64,000 nucleotides of DNA from an uncultured Burkholderiaceae bacterium (GTDB lineage Bacteria > Pseudomonadota > Gammaproteobacteria > Burkholderiales > Burkholderiaceae_C). The stretch covers positions 18,163 through 82,162 of the forward strand of contig CAYZPX010000001.1 in NCBI GenBank assembly GCA_964480105.1, read 5' to 3'. Under the pieces are notes generated by a model that was not told the origin of the DNA, did not search any database, and worked only from the letters and a program-made list of their open reading frames with translations. The translations under genes and the position numbers were made by a program. Positions 52,401 to 62,900 of the stretch are shown here, piece after piece (within the stretch, counting starts at the first letter, position 1; the number at the start of each line of letters is the position of its first letter).

Positions 52401-55400
52401 CCGACCTGGACACCGACCCGGACGCCTTCGCCGTGGCCCGCTTCCTTGGGAAGTACGCCAACAAGCCCCGCCAGATGGCCAACGGCCTGCGCGAGTGGGC
52501 CAGGGACGTGCTGGGCCAGGCCGAGATTGACCGGACCAACCAAAGCCAGGGTGGGTTGTTTGGTGCGCAGCCCACGCTGACCCGCGACCAGCTCTTTGCC
52601 CGTCTTGGCAACATCGACCCCAACGACCAGGCCACCATCCAGGCGCGCGAAGCGCTGGCCAAGCGCGACGCCGAGAAGGTCACAACCCAAGAGCAAGCCC
52701 CGACCGACGCCGCCCCTGAAGCCGTCCCAGAGGCGCCCGGCTTTGACTTGGAAGCACAAACCCCGGAACAGCTCCAGGCCCAAGCCGATGAGCGCGCCGC
52801 CGAGGAGAAACGCCAGCGCGATGCCGAGCAAGCCGCCGAAGCCAAAGCCCAGGCGGACGCCGAACTTGGCGACTTCACCCTGACAGGCAGCGACCGACCG
52901 GCAGATGCCAACCCAAACCAGGGCGATCTACTGGCTGCCGACCAGCCCCAACAGGGCGACGTTCTGAACAACGTCGGGCTGCCGTTCAAATTCCGCAAGG
53001 CCGCAGAGCAAGCTGCCAAGAATACGGGCGCTCAGGTGGTGCCCGTGCAGGGCGGCTTCGTGGTGCGGATGCCGCAGAACATGAGCGGTACGCCTTCGGC
53101 CACCATGGGAACGCGCACGGATGCCAAGGCTGGCCCAGGCTTCACCGCTGCCGATGTGGTGCGCCGCGACCCGATTGCCGGCCAGAAGATCAATGACGAG
53201 TGGACAGCGTTCGCCCCGCAGTCTGGCACGCTGGGCATCCCACGGGCTGAAATGCCACAGGTCAAGGCCCAAGACCGTGGCGCCATGGTCAACTTCCTGA
53301 AGGCGCGCGGCATCGACAGTTCCAAAGAGCAGCTGCCACCGACCGCCCTCAAGCCCACCCAGGCCGAGTTTTCCCCCGCCAAGGTGCAGGAAGCTGCCGA
53401 CCGCACAGACGGCGACCGCAGCATCATCGTGTCGGCGGACGGCCATGTGGTGGATGGCCATCACCAATGGCTGGCCCAGCGCCAGAAGGGCGAGCCGATC
53501 AACGTGATCCGCCTGGATCAGCCCATCACCCAGGTGCTGGGCGCGCTCAAGCAGATGCCGAGCGCGCAGCCGGGGCAAAAGCAGGATGTCGCCCTCACGA
53601 ATGAGGGAGACAAGGATGGTGCCCTCACGAATGAGGGGACCATGCCCGAGTCTGATCCTCAGGTAGCCGGCGATGGGGCAGCACCTTCGGGAGATGCTGA
53701 CGCCATTGCGGGTGCCATCCAACAATCCATTGCCGAGCGCAGCCTGGGTGCGAGCGAGAAATTCTATCGAGAACAAGTTGCAAAGCGGCTACTCAGCCAA
53801 GAGTCGGCCGATGCTGAAATGGCGAAGGCGCGTGATCGCTGGAGCAAATCCGAGCCCACCGAGCGCACCAAGATGCTCGCCAAGGCGATTGCCGAGAAAG
53901 ACCCACGCCCACTGGTGGATGCCTGGGCCATGGATGGACGGGGAATCGCCGGGAGCGAGGGCAGTATTTCCGCCTTCGAGAAGTTTTCTGGCCTCAAGTT
54001 GAGCCGCCTGCCGTCCGCCGGCCGCGCGAAAGCGATCTTTGGCTGGGCAGGATGGTCTGACGAACAGGCATCCGCCTACATGGCGGATCGCAGCAAGGCA
54101 AAAGCCGATGCCGATGCCGCGTATGAGGCAAAGTACCAGGCAGAGGTTGATGCTCGCGTGAGTGACAGGGCGGGCAAAGAGTTGGTCCATGTCCGCGACA
54201 CGGACACGAAGCTACCCATCAGGGAGTATGTTGACGGCCTGATTTCGCAAGGATTCAACCGGCTTACGACGGCGAAGAAGGGCGCGATCACCAAGACCTA
54301 CCTTGCAGATGATGCAGGCCGTGGGTATGAACTCCCCCCAGGGTTGATGCGTGAGTACGCCCAGGCTGCACTGCGCAATGCGGACAGGGGTGCGAAAAAA
54401 GATCAAGCCACCCAGGCGGAAGAATCCAAGCCAAATCAGCCACAAGCCCAACAAACACGAGCGGCATCAGCTACCGAAACTGTAGCACCAGAGGTCGGCC
54501 CATTCGGCCCAATCCTGACCCAGTATTACCACGACGCCCAAGGCGCCATCAAGGCGCTGACCGCATTGCAGAACGGCGAGGCTGTAGCTGCGCTCTATCA
54601 CCCCGACGTGGGCGATATTGATCTGGTATGGGGCAAAGAAGGAACGTCGAACAGCGATGGCCTTGGACTGGCCAAGCTGGTCAAATGGCACCCCGAGGTG
54701 CTTGGCGACCTACAGGGATTCTTGAACCGACTGCGCAAAGATGAGGCTACCTCCGGCCCCAACCGCATTCGACTGGTTGATGGTCAGGACAAGGCGGTTG
54801 TGAGATTGCAGTGGGACGGGAAGGCCAAAAATTGGCTTCTGACTGCATTTGAGAGTAATGCGCCCAAGGACTCCACTAGGACGGACACTGGAGCCGCTGA
54901 CGTTAAGGATGACACAGCTAGCCTTAACCCTGAGCGCAACCAAAGTGTACCCCCGACTGACGCCGTAGCGCAACCCGTGACCCGCGCAGACGTAGCTGCC
55001 GCCGAACGCCTGGCCGCAGACATGATCCGCCAGAAGATTGACGGCATGAAAGCGGGCGAGGTGCAGCGGATTGCCGCCCGATTCTTGCCGACCATGGGCA
55101 AAAAGGCGCCTGTTGGTAAGGCCAAGATTGCCGACGCCATGACGGACGTGAGCGCGTTCAGCCTTCTAAACCCTGCCGCAGAGCTTGGCGTGGAGTTGTC
55201 CGAGTCGGTAAAGCACGCCTTGACGGCCGACAGGGAAGGGCGTGTGGTGGATGTTGCGCAGGATGATGGCGCCACCAAGAAAGCTGCAGAGGCGCAGACT
55301 GAGAACCCGACGAAAACAGGCGTGTTTTTTCACTCTGGCCTGAAGATTTACCCGGTCACTCTCAATGTCGGCGGCGAGGTCAAATCCATGTGGGCAGTTC

Positions 55401-56458
55401 AAACCCTGAACAATGCCGAGCGTGAAGCGAATGGCGAGCGCCAACTTGGTGGCGACCCGGTGTCAGAAACCATTGACGGTGCCAAGCGGCTGGCCGAAGC
55501 GGTGGTCGCCTCAGCAAAGCAGCTTGAGGAGCACCGCGCCGCCATGGCTGCGATGAAGGCAGAGAGGGCCGCAGCCGAAGCTGCAAGAAAGGAAGCCAAT
55601 CAAGGCAAAACGCTTTCTGAAATCAAGGCTCAAAAGTATCTGGATGCCCCCGTTGTGGATGGCGAAACCGGCGAGCGAATGACGCGCGCCGAGTGGGTTA
55701 AGCGCCGCATTGAGGCCGGTGATGCGTTGGATACATGGCTTGAGAACAAGATCAAGGACAAGTCCCGCCGCGAATGGGATCGCATGGACAACCAGGAGCA
55801 GGCGGCTCACGAGGCGAAGGTACGAGAGGGCGGCCAGGTATCCAAATACCGCATTGGCGAATACACCGTCACCAAGACCGAATACGACTACGCCCAAAAG
55901 CTGCTGGCCGATAAGCAGGCGGTTGCCGAACCAAACCCCCTTGAGCACACCCCCAAGCAATACGCCGATGCCTGGCTGCGCTGGTCGGCAGAAACCAACG
56001 GCTTGCCGCTGGCCGAGGTGCGCGAGATGCAGGGCGACGAGGCGGGCCTGAAGAACATCGAGCAGCGCTGGGTGGATGCGGTGGTGAACCAGGCCAAGAG
56101 CGGCCAGTCCCTGCCAGCCAAGACCCTGGACAAGCTGCTGGAGATTCGCCCGAACACCGTTCTGCCCGAGAGCGCCATCCCTGCAGGCTACCAGCGACCG
56201 GAAGCCCGCAAGCTGGAGAAAGCGCAGAAATCCGCCCCCGCCGAAAACGAGCTTGAGGCCATTTTCTCGGCCTTGGAAGCAGAGGACGGCCTGAAAAAAC
56301 GCAGAGCCAAATCCGCCCTCAAGGAACGACCGGACGCGGAAGTCATCAACCAAGTCGAATCCCAGTTCTACGACATGCTCCTTTCCCTGATGGAACGCGG
56401 GGATCTTGAAGTGAATGGCCACAAAAAAATCCATGAGGACAACAAATCATGCCTGTGA
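49409..56458 (+). CDS. giant polyvalent virion/ejection protein 1 (2349 aa): lytic transglycosylase, two ParB/Srx-like segments, barnase/EndoU/colicin-like segment
   Basis: SLT: VIWQESRG...GIAQVMPGT...AAYNAGPGRV (about 49562-49858). QNRDRSG...AGNGRTAG (about 51461-51784). LKPTQ...VVDGHHQ (53348-53467). DIDLVWGKEG...GLGLAKLVKWHPE...WLLTAFE (about 54497-54855). Confidence 0.85.
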   Translation: MSNSFLDSLSFDLDGNVSQVPGASKPAVMPAFDMPEDEPGIARAADGGSRLFDRGVIWQESRGRQFDSNGNPLTSKAGAIGIAQVMPGTAPEAARLAGLPWDEKRYRTDPDYNASLGRAYFNKQLSTFGDEGMALAAYNAGPGRVQSALRKASQDGNPGAWLSYLPAETRDYVPKIMGKVYGAGSEVGGGQAKPQPRPQPASASFLDRFSTDDILNMSLNSSDGMVESSLTPPKERTWGEAVMDPVIGAATGIYTGVKSISDAFGADNPVSEFSGGVIKALQGAQSQARQVERQNRQAKIQEAEDSGNTWDEIVANVGAFADAPLETTLNALGSSAPTLLASVIPGIGQVNAARFIMQGAIGAAQGAGAVKGSIYEKVQERLEKDGMSKSEAAKVAAGAQAYDSQNAGQIALGALLGAVAGTSGIENTVGKLASRRAGGEVVEQASRDVLARTGIGILKESPIEGFQGGQERVASNIALQNLGYNEPTFKGAIGQGFGEAVASAGPGAIGGYFDKPAAPATPAPNGPLTRALNAGAPVAQPAPQAPTEAAPAAATPPAPPAAPPVAPPDLSSPVSDLGQEEIDPEMAAMADTDLDALIAGIESKEEVAVSDDDWVRYYLAKEEIKRRKTPQATAAVTPTQEAAPQAPESPAEQTAEAAPEPAGTYMPGAEINAKRPKEQPKVVLQNRDRSGAASVQQMSGIASNPDFLRIGPSTEMTTGAPVVFGDLPATAVKGRPETVVDGKGDRIQAQYVVVDARDLIASNNADGTPVESYVNGLPGKLRAVAGNGRTAGIQKAYQQGTAEKYRQDLIEQAQTMGLDAAAIEAMQQPVLVRVMDAADVRDDMGDRTNITGTQRLSPVEQAANDARRLNLADLSFDENGNPTQETLRRFINTMPDAEKGDLIAGKEGTPTRQAAERLMAATFKQAYDSDELVELYAQAPEPEARAILNAAAEAAGALSALKEMNPDFDVREAVAGAVKMAVNASRQQKPLAEFAQNADLDTDPDAFAVARFLGKYANKPRQMANGLREWARDVLGQAEIDRTNQSQGGLFGAQPTLTRDQLFARLGNIDPNDQATIQAREALAKRDAEKVTTQEQAPTDAAPEAVPEAPGFDLEAQTPEQLQAQADERAAEEKRQRDAEQAAEAKAQADAELGDFTLTGSDRPADANPNQGDLLAADQPQQGDVLNNVGLPFKFRKAAEQAAKNTGAQVVPVQGGFVVRMPQNMSGTPSATMGTRTDAKAGPGFTAADVVRRDPIAGQKINDEWTAFAPQSGTLGIPRAEMPQVKAQDRGAMVNFLKARGIDSSKEQLPPTALKPTQAEFSPAKVQEAADRTDGDRSIIVSADGHVVDGHHQWLAQRQKGEPINVIRLDQPITQVLGALKQMPSAQPGQKQDVALTNEGDKDGALTNEGTMPESDPQVAGDGAAPSGDADAIAGAIQQSIAERSLGASEKFYREQVAKRLLSQESADAEMAKARDRWSKSEPTERTKMLAKAIAEKDPRPLVDAWAMDGRGIAGSEGSISAFEKFSGLKLSRLPSAGRAKAIFGWAGWSDEQASAYMADRSKAKADADAAYEAKYQAEVDARVSDRAGKELVHVRDTDTKLPIREYVDGLISQGFNRLTTAKKGAITKTYLADDAGRGYELPPGLMREYAQAALRNADRGAKKDQATQAEESKPNQPQAQQTRAASATETVAPEVGPFGPILTQYYHDAQGAIKALTALQNGEAVAALYHPDVGDIDLVWGKEGTSNSDGLGLAKLVKWHPEVLGDLQGFLNRLRKDEATSGPNRIRLVDGQDKAVVRLQWDGKAKNWLLTAFESNAPKDSTRTDTGAADVKDDTASLNPERNQSVPPTDAVAQPVTRADVAAAERLAADMIRQKIDGMKAGEVQRIAARFLPTMGKKAPVGKAKIADAMTDVSAFSLLNPAAELGVELSESVKHALTADREGRVVDVAQDDGATKKAAEAQTENPTKTGVFFHSGLKIYPVTLNVGGEVKSMWAVQTLNNAEREANGERQLGGDPVSETIDGAKRLAEAVVASAKQLEEHRAAMAAMKAERAAAEAARKEANQGKTLSEIKAQKYLDAPVVDGETGERMTRAEWVKRRIEAGDALDTWLENKIKDKSRREWDRMDNQEQAAHEAKVREGGQVSKYRIGEYTVTKTEYDYAQKLLADKQAVAEPNPLEHTPKQYADAWLRWSAETNGLPLAEVREMQGDEAGLKNIEQRWVDAVVNQAKSGQSLPAKTLDKLLEIRPNTVLPESAIPAGYQRPEARKLEKAQKSAPAENELEAIFSALEAEDGLKKRRAKSALKERPDAEVINQVESQFYDMLLSLMERGDLEVNGHKKIHEDNKSCL

Positions 56459-56937
56459 AATCCCTGCTTGACCCCATTACCAAAAAGATGCTGCTGGATG
56501 CGGTGGCCTCTGAGTTGTATGCCTCGCACCTGTACCAGCACCTGGCCAATCAGATGCAGTTCGTTGGCCGTTTTGGTGCAGCCAAGTTCTTCCAGGCCGA
56601 GAGCCTGAACGAGCGCGCCCACTTTCAGAAGCTGGCGGATTACTTCGATGACCGTGGCGAGTGGGTGGCCATGCCATCCATTCCGAATTGCGACGAGGCG
56701 GCCAAAGACCTGCCCCAGGCCCTGCAAATCGCCTACGACACCGAGCTGCAGCTGGAGCGGGACTATGTGGGCTGGTACAAAGCCTGCCCCTGCGAAGTGA
56801 CCCGCCAATTCCTGCTGGCCTTCCTGGAGGATCAGCGCAAGTCGGTGGGCGAATACAGCGACTTGCTCGCTGAAGTGGCTTTGGCCGGCGATGACCGTGC
56901 CGCTTTGATGTTGCTGGACAACAAGCTGGGGGCCTGA
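56449..56937 (+). CDS. ferritin (Ftn-like, non-haem)
   Basis: 162 aa. SELYASHLYQHLANQM...FGAAKFFQAESLNERAHFQKLADYFDDRG aligns by eye with E. coli FtnA (ELYSSLLYQQ...[26 protein letters not shown]). The ferroxidase E, Y, ExxH, E and E..Q positions are all present. Confidence 0.8.
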   Translation: MPVKSLLDPITKKMLLDAVASELYASHLYQHLANQMQFVGRFGAAKFFQAESLNERAHFQKLADYFDDRGEWVAMPSIPNCDEAAKDLPQALQIAYDTELQLERDYVGWYKACPCEVTRQFLLAFLEDQRKSVGEYSDLLAEVALAGDDRAALMLLDNKLGA

Positions 56938-59900
56938 TGAGCAAGTGCAAATACGTATTGACGCTGCCCAGCGGCGAGGTCATAACCAAATTCGGCAAAG
57001 CCGCCATGAAAGCCTATTTGGTGCAGGAGGGGATGGCGACATTCTTTCCGGATGGATTCAAGCCTCCCCAAGAAAAGCCGCAAGCACCCCAGGCAGACAG
57101 CAAAACCCCGCTGATTGATCGCCACACCGCCGTCATGGACGCAGTGCGCGAGGGCAAATCCACCCCCGAAACCTTCAAAGAGTCGTTCGAGGCAGTGGTT
57201 TCTGGCGCCGACGCCATCAAGGCCGAGCTGAACGGCAAGACCAAGGCTGAACTGCTAGCCGGTGGTGGTCCGTACTTTCAGGCAAGGTACAAAAGCGAAT
57301 CCAAGCCCACAGTGATTGACGGCATCTACCGCGCCATGCTGGATGAGTACACCCTTGGTGAATCGTTCAGTTATGGCATGGGCTCGTATGAAAAAGCAGT
57401 GCGCCGCCTGGTAGAAGCTACCGACGCCGACAAGCTGACCCGCTTTGCCGAAGAACGCGCCGCCGCCATTCAAGAGGCCGCAGCCCGCCGCCAGGCTAAG
57501 GCCGCAGCGCTAGAGAACCCCCAGACCCTGAGCGACTACCGCGAGCTGCTGAACAGCAAGATCCGCAGCGGCATGACGCGCAGGGAGGCTTTCCTGACGC
57601 TGACCCCCGAGCAGCGGATTCAGTACGACACCCTGGAAGCCGAATCCACCCGCGAAGCCCGTGAGGCGCGCAAGCGTGCCGACGCCACCCGGGTGCAGAC
57701 GGCTGGGCAGACAACCACCGGCCAAGTGATTGCCACCAAGCACACGAAGAACGGGTATGACCTGTTCGTGGTGCAACTTGCCGACCGCCTGAGCCCCGAG
57801 GACTACAAGAAAGTGCTGGCCAGCGCCAAGAAGATGGGCGGCTGGTACAGCTCCTTCCGGGGAAATGGAGCCATTCCGGGCTTCCAGTTCAAGGATCGCG
57901 CCAATGCTGACGCCTTCCTGCAGCTGGCCCAGGGCGATGCCAGCGCCGTGCAGGCCCAGGTGGAGCAGCGCCGTGACGCCTTCGAGGACGACCGTAGCCA
58001 AACCGTGGTGGAGCGCCTGTCTGCCATGGCAGACAAGCTCGAAGCCGCTGCCATCGAGGAGGAAAACCGCGACCGCAAGGCCAACACCGGCCGCCGCGCA
58101 CGCTTTGCCCGCGCTGCCCTGGATGCCGCCGCTGCGGACAAGGCCCTGGCCAAGACCATGCGCAACATCGCCCAGGCCATTGGTGATGGCAGGGCCAAGT
58201 TCCTGGACCAAGTGCGCGCCAAGACCCAGGTGGACATGCTGAACCAGCTGGTTCGCACCGCCAAGGACAACGAACTGCGTGCCAAGTACCCCAGCTACGC
58301 CGACCAGGAAAAGCGCAAAGGGGAGCCGCCGACCGCCGAGACGGCAGATTTTGCCGAGTTCCCGACCTATGGCGCATTCCGTTCGGACCTGGCCACGCTG
58401 GGCCGCCAGCTGCTGGAGGTGGACGGCACCAAGAAGCTGGGCCAGAGCCTGATGTCGGTGGCCGATGACGTGACCGACGCCTATCTGGAGTTCGCCAAGG
58501 CGAATCTGTCGCTGGTTTCGCAGTTCACCCGTGGCGATGCCCTGGCAGACTTTGCCAACCGCGAAGCGGCAGAGCGCGCCATTCGCAAGAGTAGCCTGTC
58601 TGGCAAGGCCATCGTGCTGCCAATCAAGCGCGGGCAAAACCGGATTGTCATGAGCCCCAGCGAGGCAATCAATCGCGGCATCTGGCAGGGTGACGGCGAC
58701 AAGCGCATCATGCTGACGGCCGAATTTGGTGCCGAACTGGTCGAGGCCATTGGCCGGCGTGGCAACAAGCAGAACAAACTGACGGTGCCATGGCAGTTCC
58801 AGAACGCCTACGACCGCCGCAAGGCCCTGTCCCGCCTGGGGATTGAGACCCCCAGCGAGTTCCGCTCTGCGCTGCGCGAGTTCATTGGTCTGAAAGAGCA
58901 AGCCACCCAGAACAAGGTGCGCGAGCTGGAGCTGCAAATGGTGGGGCGCAAGGCCGATGGTCTGGATTTCTTCCCGACCGCCGCCGAGATTGCCGACCAG
59001 ATGATCGAGGCGGCCGACCTGACGCCCGACATGGCTGTGCTGGAACCCAGCGCCGGCATGGGCCACTTGGCTGACCGAATCCGCGCTGCCGGCGCAGAGC
59101 CTGACGTGATCGAGATTTCGCCCGACCGCCGCGAGCTGCTAGAGGAAAAGGGCTACCACCTGGCCGACGTGGACGATTTCCTGGGCCTGAAGCCGCGCGA
59201 GACCTTCACCTATGGCGACGTTTTCCGCGCGCCGGATGGCACTGAGGGCATCCTTCGGGGCTCGAACCAGAACCGCGTGCGGCTGGTGGACGAGGAGGGG
59301 AACCAACTTGGCTTCTACTACCGCGACGAACTGACCGGTGTGCGCCATCGTGGCACTGGTAGCGGCTACGACCGGATCATCATGAATCCGCCGTTCAGCA
59401 ACCGCCGCGACGCCCAGCACGTTCGCCACGCCTATGACCTGCTCAAGCCCGGTGGCCGCATCGTCGCCATCATGGGGGAGGGTGTCTTTTTCGGCAACGA
59501 CCAGAAGGCCCAGGACTTCCGCGACTGGCTGGAATCGGTGGGCGGCACGTCCGAAAAGCTGCCCGAAGGCAGTTTCATGGACCCTAGCCTGCCAGTGACC
59601 ACCGGGGTGAACGCCCGCATGGTCATCATCGACAAGCCGGATGTGGCACCCGGGGAGGCAGCCATCGAGGGTGGTGACATCGCCTTCAGCCGCCGCATGG
59701 ACGAAAGCCCGCTGGCCCAAGAAGTCCGCGAAGCCGCTGCCGCCCTGGATGCAGCCAACGAAATGGGCGACGCCATGAACGAGGCGAACCCGGACACCAT
59801 CACCCTGGAAGACTTCATGGCTGCGGGTGAGGCGCGCATGAACGCGGAAAAGGCGATGGTCGAGGCTTTGGCCAAGGCGTCTGACGATGGTTTTGCCGTG

Positions 59901-62900
59901 GAAGGCCTGACCGCAGATGGCCGGATGCTGATCGTTACCCCATCGGCCAGCGAGCAGGGCCGGTGGCAACTGACGCGCTTTGGCAAGGATGGCGAGCCGT
60001 GGAGCGATACCCGCTTCAACACCAAGGAAATGGCGCTGAAGTACCTGGTCGAGGAGGCCATGCCCAGCAGCCTGCGCCATGTGGATGCTGCTTTCAGCCG
60101 TGGCGCAGCAGGCGCCAATGCTGGCGTAAACTGGGTGGAATCTGCAGATCAGTCTGCTGCCACGATTGTTGCCAATGCCATCCGAGCCGACAACCAAAAC
60201 AAGCCTGGAACCTACGCCTACACCATCGTCGAGCCAGCCCGAGGACGACTGGGTGCCGGCTTCGGTAATAGCGGATCGGCTAGGGCACAAAATCTCACTG
60301 ACGCCTTATCTCGCCAGGCACGAGAGTTCGGGGCCACCTTCGGAAGACGAGTTGTATTTGTCCGCCCTGATCGAGGATCACCTTCGTTCTTCAACGGGTT
60401 CATTCTCGCCAAATCCGACCCCAACACCATCTACGTCAACATTGACGCAAACGTCAACCTCATGTCCATCCTTGGGCACGAGTTCTACGAAGGGCTTTTG
60501 GTCCAGAATCCGAAACTTCATAACTGGTTCGTGAATGAGTCCCTGCGCCACATGAAGGATGGCGCACTTGCCGCGTATGTGGACAAGATAAAACGCTCAG
60601 GAGACAAACAGAGCGACGCAGGCCGCCTGAAGGAGCTGCTGGCAGACTTCACGGGCGATGCCTTGGCAGACCCTGAGTTCCGCCGCAGCCTGGAGCAGGC
60701 CGACCAAAACAAATTCCGCCAGCTGATTCGCGCTTTCCGCAACTTCCTGATTCAGACCCTGAGCAAGATGCGCGCCCGCGTGACTGGTTCCGGCCTGACC
60801 GGCGACAAGACGCTGGGCTCTGAGCAGTATTTCAAGGACGTGCAAGCCCTGCGTGATGTTCTGCGCAAGGTTATCCAGCAGTCCAATTCGGGCGGCAATC
60901 TGAAGACCTACCTGGAAAACGGCGGGGTGATGTTCAGCCGGTCGGGCGACCAGACCCAGACCGAGAACTTCAAGCGCTGGTACGGTGAATGGCAGAATGC
61001 TGCGAATGCTGACACCCAAAGTCCCATTCGAGGAGCTGATGCCGGAGCTGGCGGAGGGCTTCAAGGAGATCGTGATAACCCCGCAAATCCGGGAGGAGCT
61101 GCGGATGTCAACGCCGTACAGCGACCGCAGAACGTGGATACGGATTCTGCGAGCGGATATACAGTGGGGCAGGCATACTTTTCAGGGGCCTCCGGGCCTA
61201 CGGGAGCGGATGGAGCGCCTCTACGCCTATATCACGGCACGCGCGACGACATCACCGTCTTCGACATCAACCACCCCCGGCGCAAAGACTTTGGTTGGCT
61301 AGGCGATGGCGTTTACCTGACTGATGACCCATGGGAGGGCGGCTACTACTCGCAAGCAAAACGTGGGCCAAATGGTCCCAACGTCATGCCGCTCTACGCA
61401 AATGTCCGCAATCCATACCAGGCGACCGAGGTTGAGAAGGAAAGACTGAAGACCGCCAGCAAAGATGCTGTGCGCGCTTTCACGGCCCGGGTAAAGGCCA
61501 TGGGGCATGATGGCGTCGTCCTGGAGAAGGAAGATGGCGTCATTGAGTTGGTCGCCTTCGAGCCGACACAGGTGAAATCCGCCATTGGCAACAACGGTGA
61601 CTTTGACCCGGCAAACCCTGACATTCGCTTCAGCCGCAAAGCCCCTGACGACACCACCCCCCAACCCTGGCAAGCCCCCAGCCTGGAAGATGCTTCCCAC
61701 AAGTTTGCATGGGACAACATGACCTATGCCTTGCAGGACAAGCTGATCGACACCAAGCGGGTTGTTCAGGCCATCCAGCAAGCAGGCGGGGAGCTGAAAG
61801 ACCAGACCGATGTTTACCTACAAGAGGAGCTGTACCACGCCCGCGTCAGCCACAAGTCGCAGGAGTTCGTTCAGAAAGAACTGACCCCCATGGTGCAGGC
61901 CCTGGCCAGCAAAGGCATCGAACTTGCTGACTTTGAGCGCTACCTGCACGCCCGTCATGCGCCCGAGGCCAACCGGGTGATGAAAGAGCGCAACCCGAAC
62001 GAGGCCGAGATCGAGGCCAAGAAGAAGGTGGTCTATGCCCAGCTTCAGGCTTTGGGCAGCATGCTCAAGGACGAAGGCGCGCCCGCCAAAGAAAAGGCCC
62101 GGGTGCAGCGCCTGTTCAACCAGATGGCCGGCAAGCTGGAGCTACTGGCCCAGGTCAAGCCCTGGCAGGGCAGTGAGGAAGACCGCCAAAAGCTGTCTGG
62201 CATGTCCGACGACGAGGCCCGCGCCGTCATGGCCGCCCTGTCGCCAGAGCAGGCGCGCGACATGGCCGAAGTCGCCGCCATGTTCGATTCCATCGTCAAG
62301 AAGAACCGCCAGGAGATGGTGGACTACGAACTTGAGGACCAGGACACGGTGGACGGCTGGGGCCAGATGTTCGAGTTCTATGTGCCGCTGATGCGCGAAG
62401 ACGAAGGAAACTCCCAGGGGACAGGGCAGGGCTTCAACATCAAGGGCCGGGAAACCAAGAGCCGCACCGGCTCCACACGCAAGGTGGTGGACATCGTGGC
62501 TAACCTGGCCATGCAGCGCGAGCGCCTGATTGTGCGTGGCGAGAAGAACCGCGTTTCTCAAGCGCTGGTGGGCCTGGCTTCAGCCAACCCCAATCCGGAC
62601 TTCTGGCAGGTGGGCGCCCCGGACATGGAGCGTAAATACGATCCGCGCACCAACTCCGTCAAGCTGGTTGCCAATCCTAACTACAAGAACCTGCCCAATG
62701 TGGTGACAGCCAAGCTGCGGGGTGCAGACGGCAAGGTCAGCGAGGTGGCCGTGGTCTTCAACGAGGAAGATAACCGCGCCAAGCGCATGGCCGAGAGCCT
62801 GAAGAACCTGGACGGGCAGACGCTGGAGGGGCTGTGGGAAAAATCAGCCACCATCACGCGCTACCTGGCTGCCATGAGCACCCAATACAACCCGGTTTTT

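Noticed and set aside
60166-60534. Second off-frame ORF inside the giant gene, with a partly protein-like translation (DDWVPASVIADRLGHKISLTPYLARHE...).
   Set aside because: The annotated frame here reads a convincing domain (FGATFGRRVVFVRP...IYVNIDANVNLMSILGHEFYEGL). The third-position difference is small in my hand count, so I treat it as noise, unlike the 60995-61235 island.
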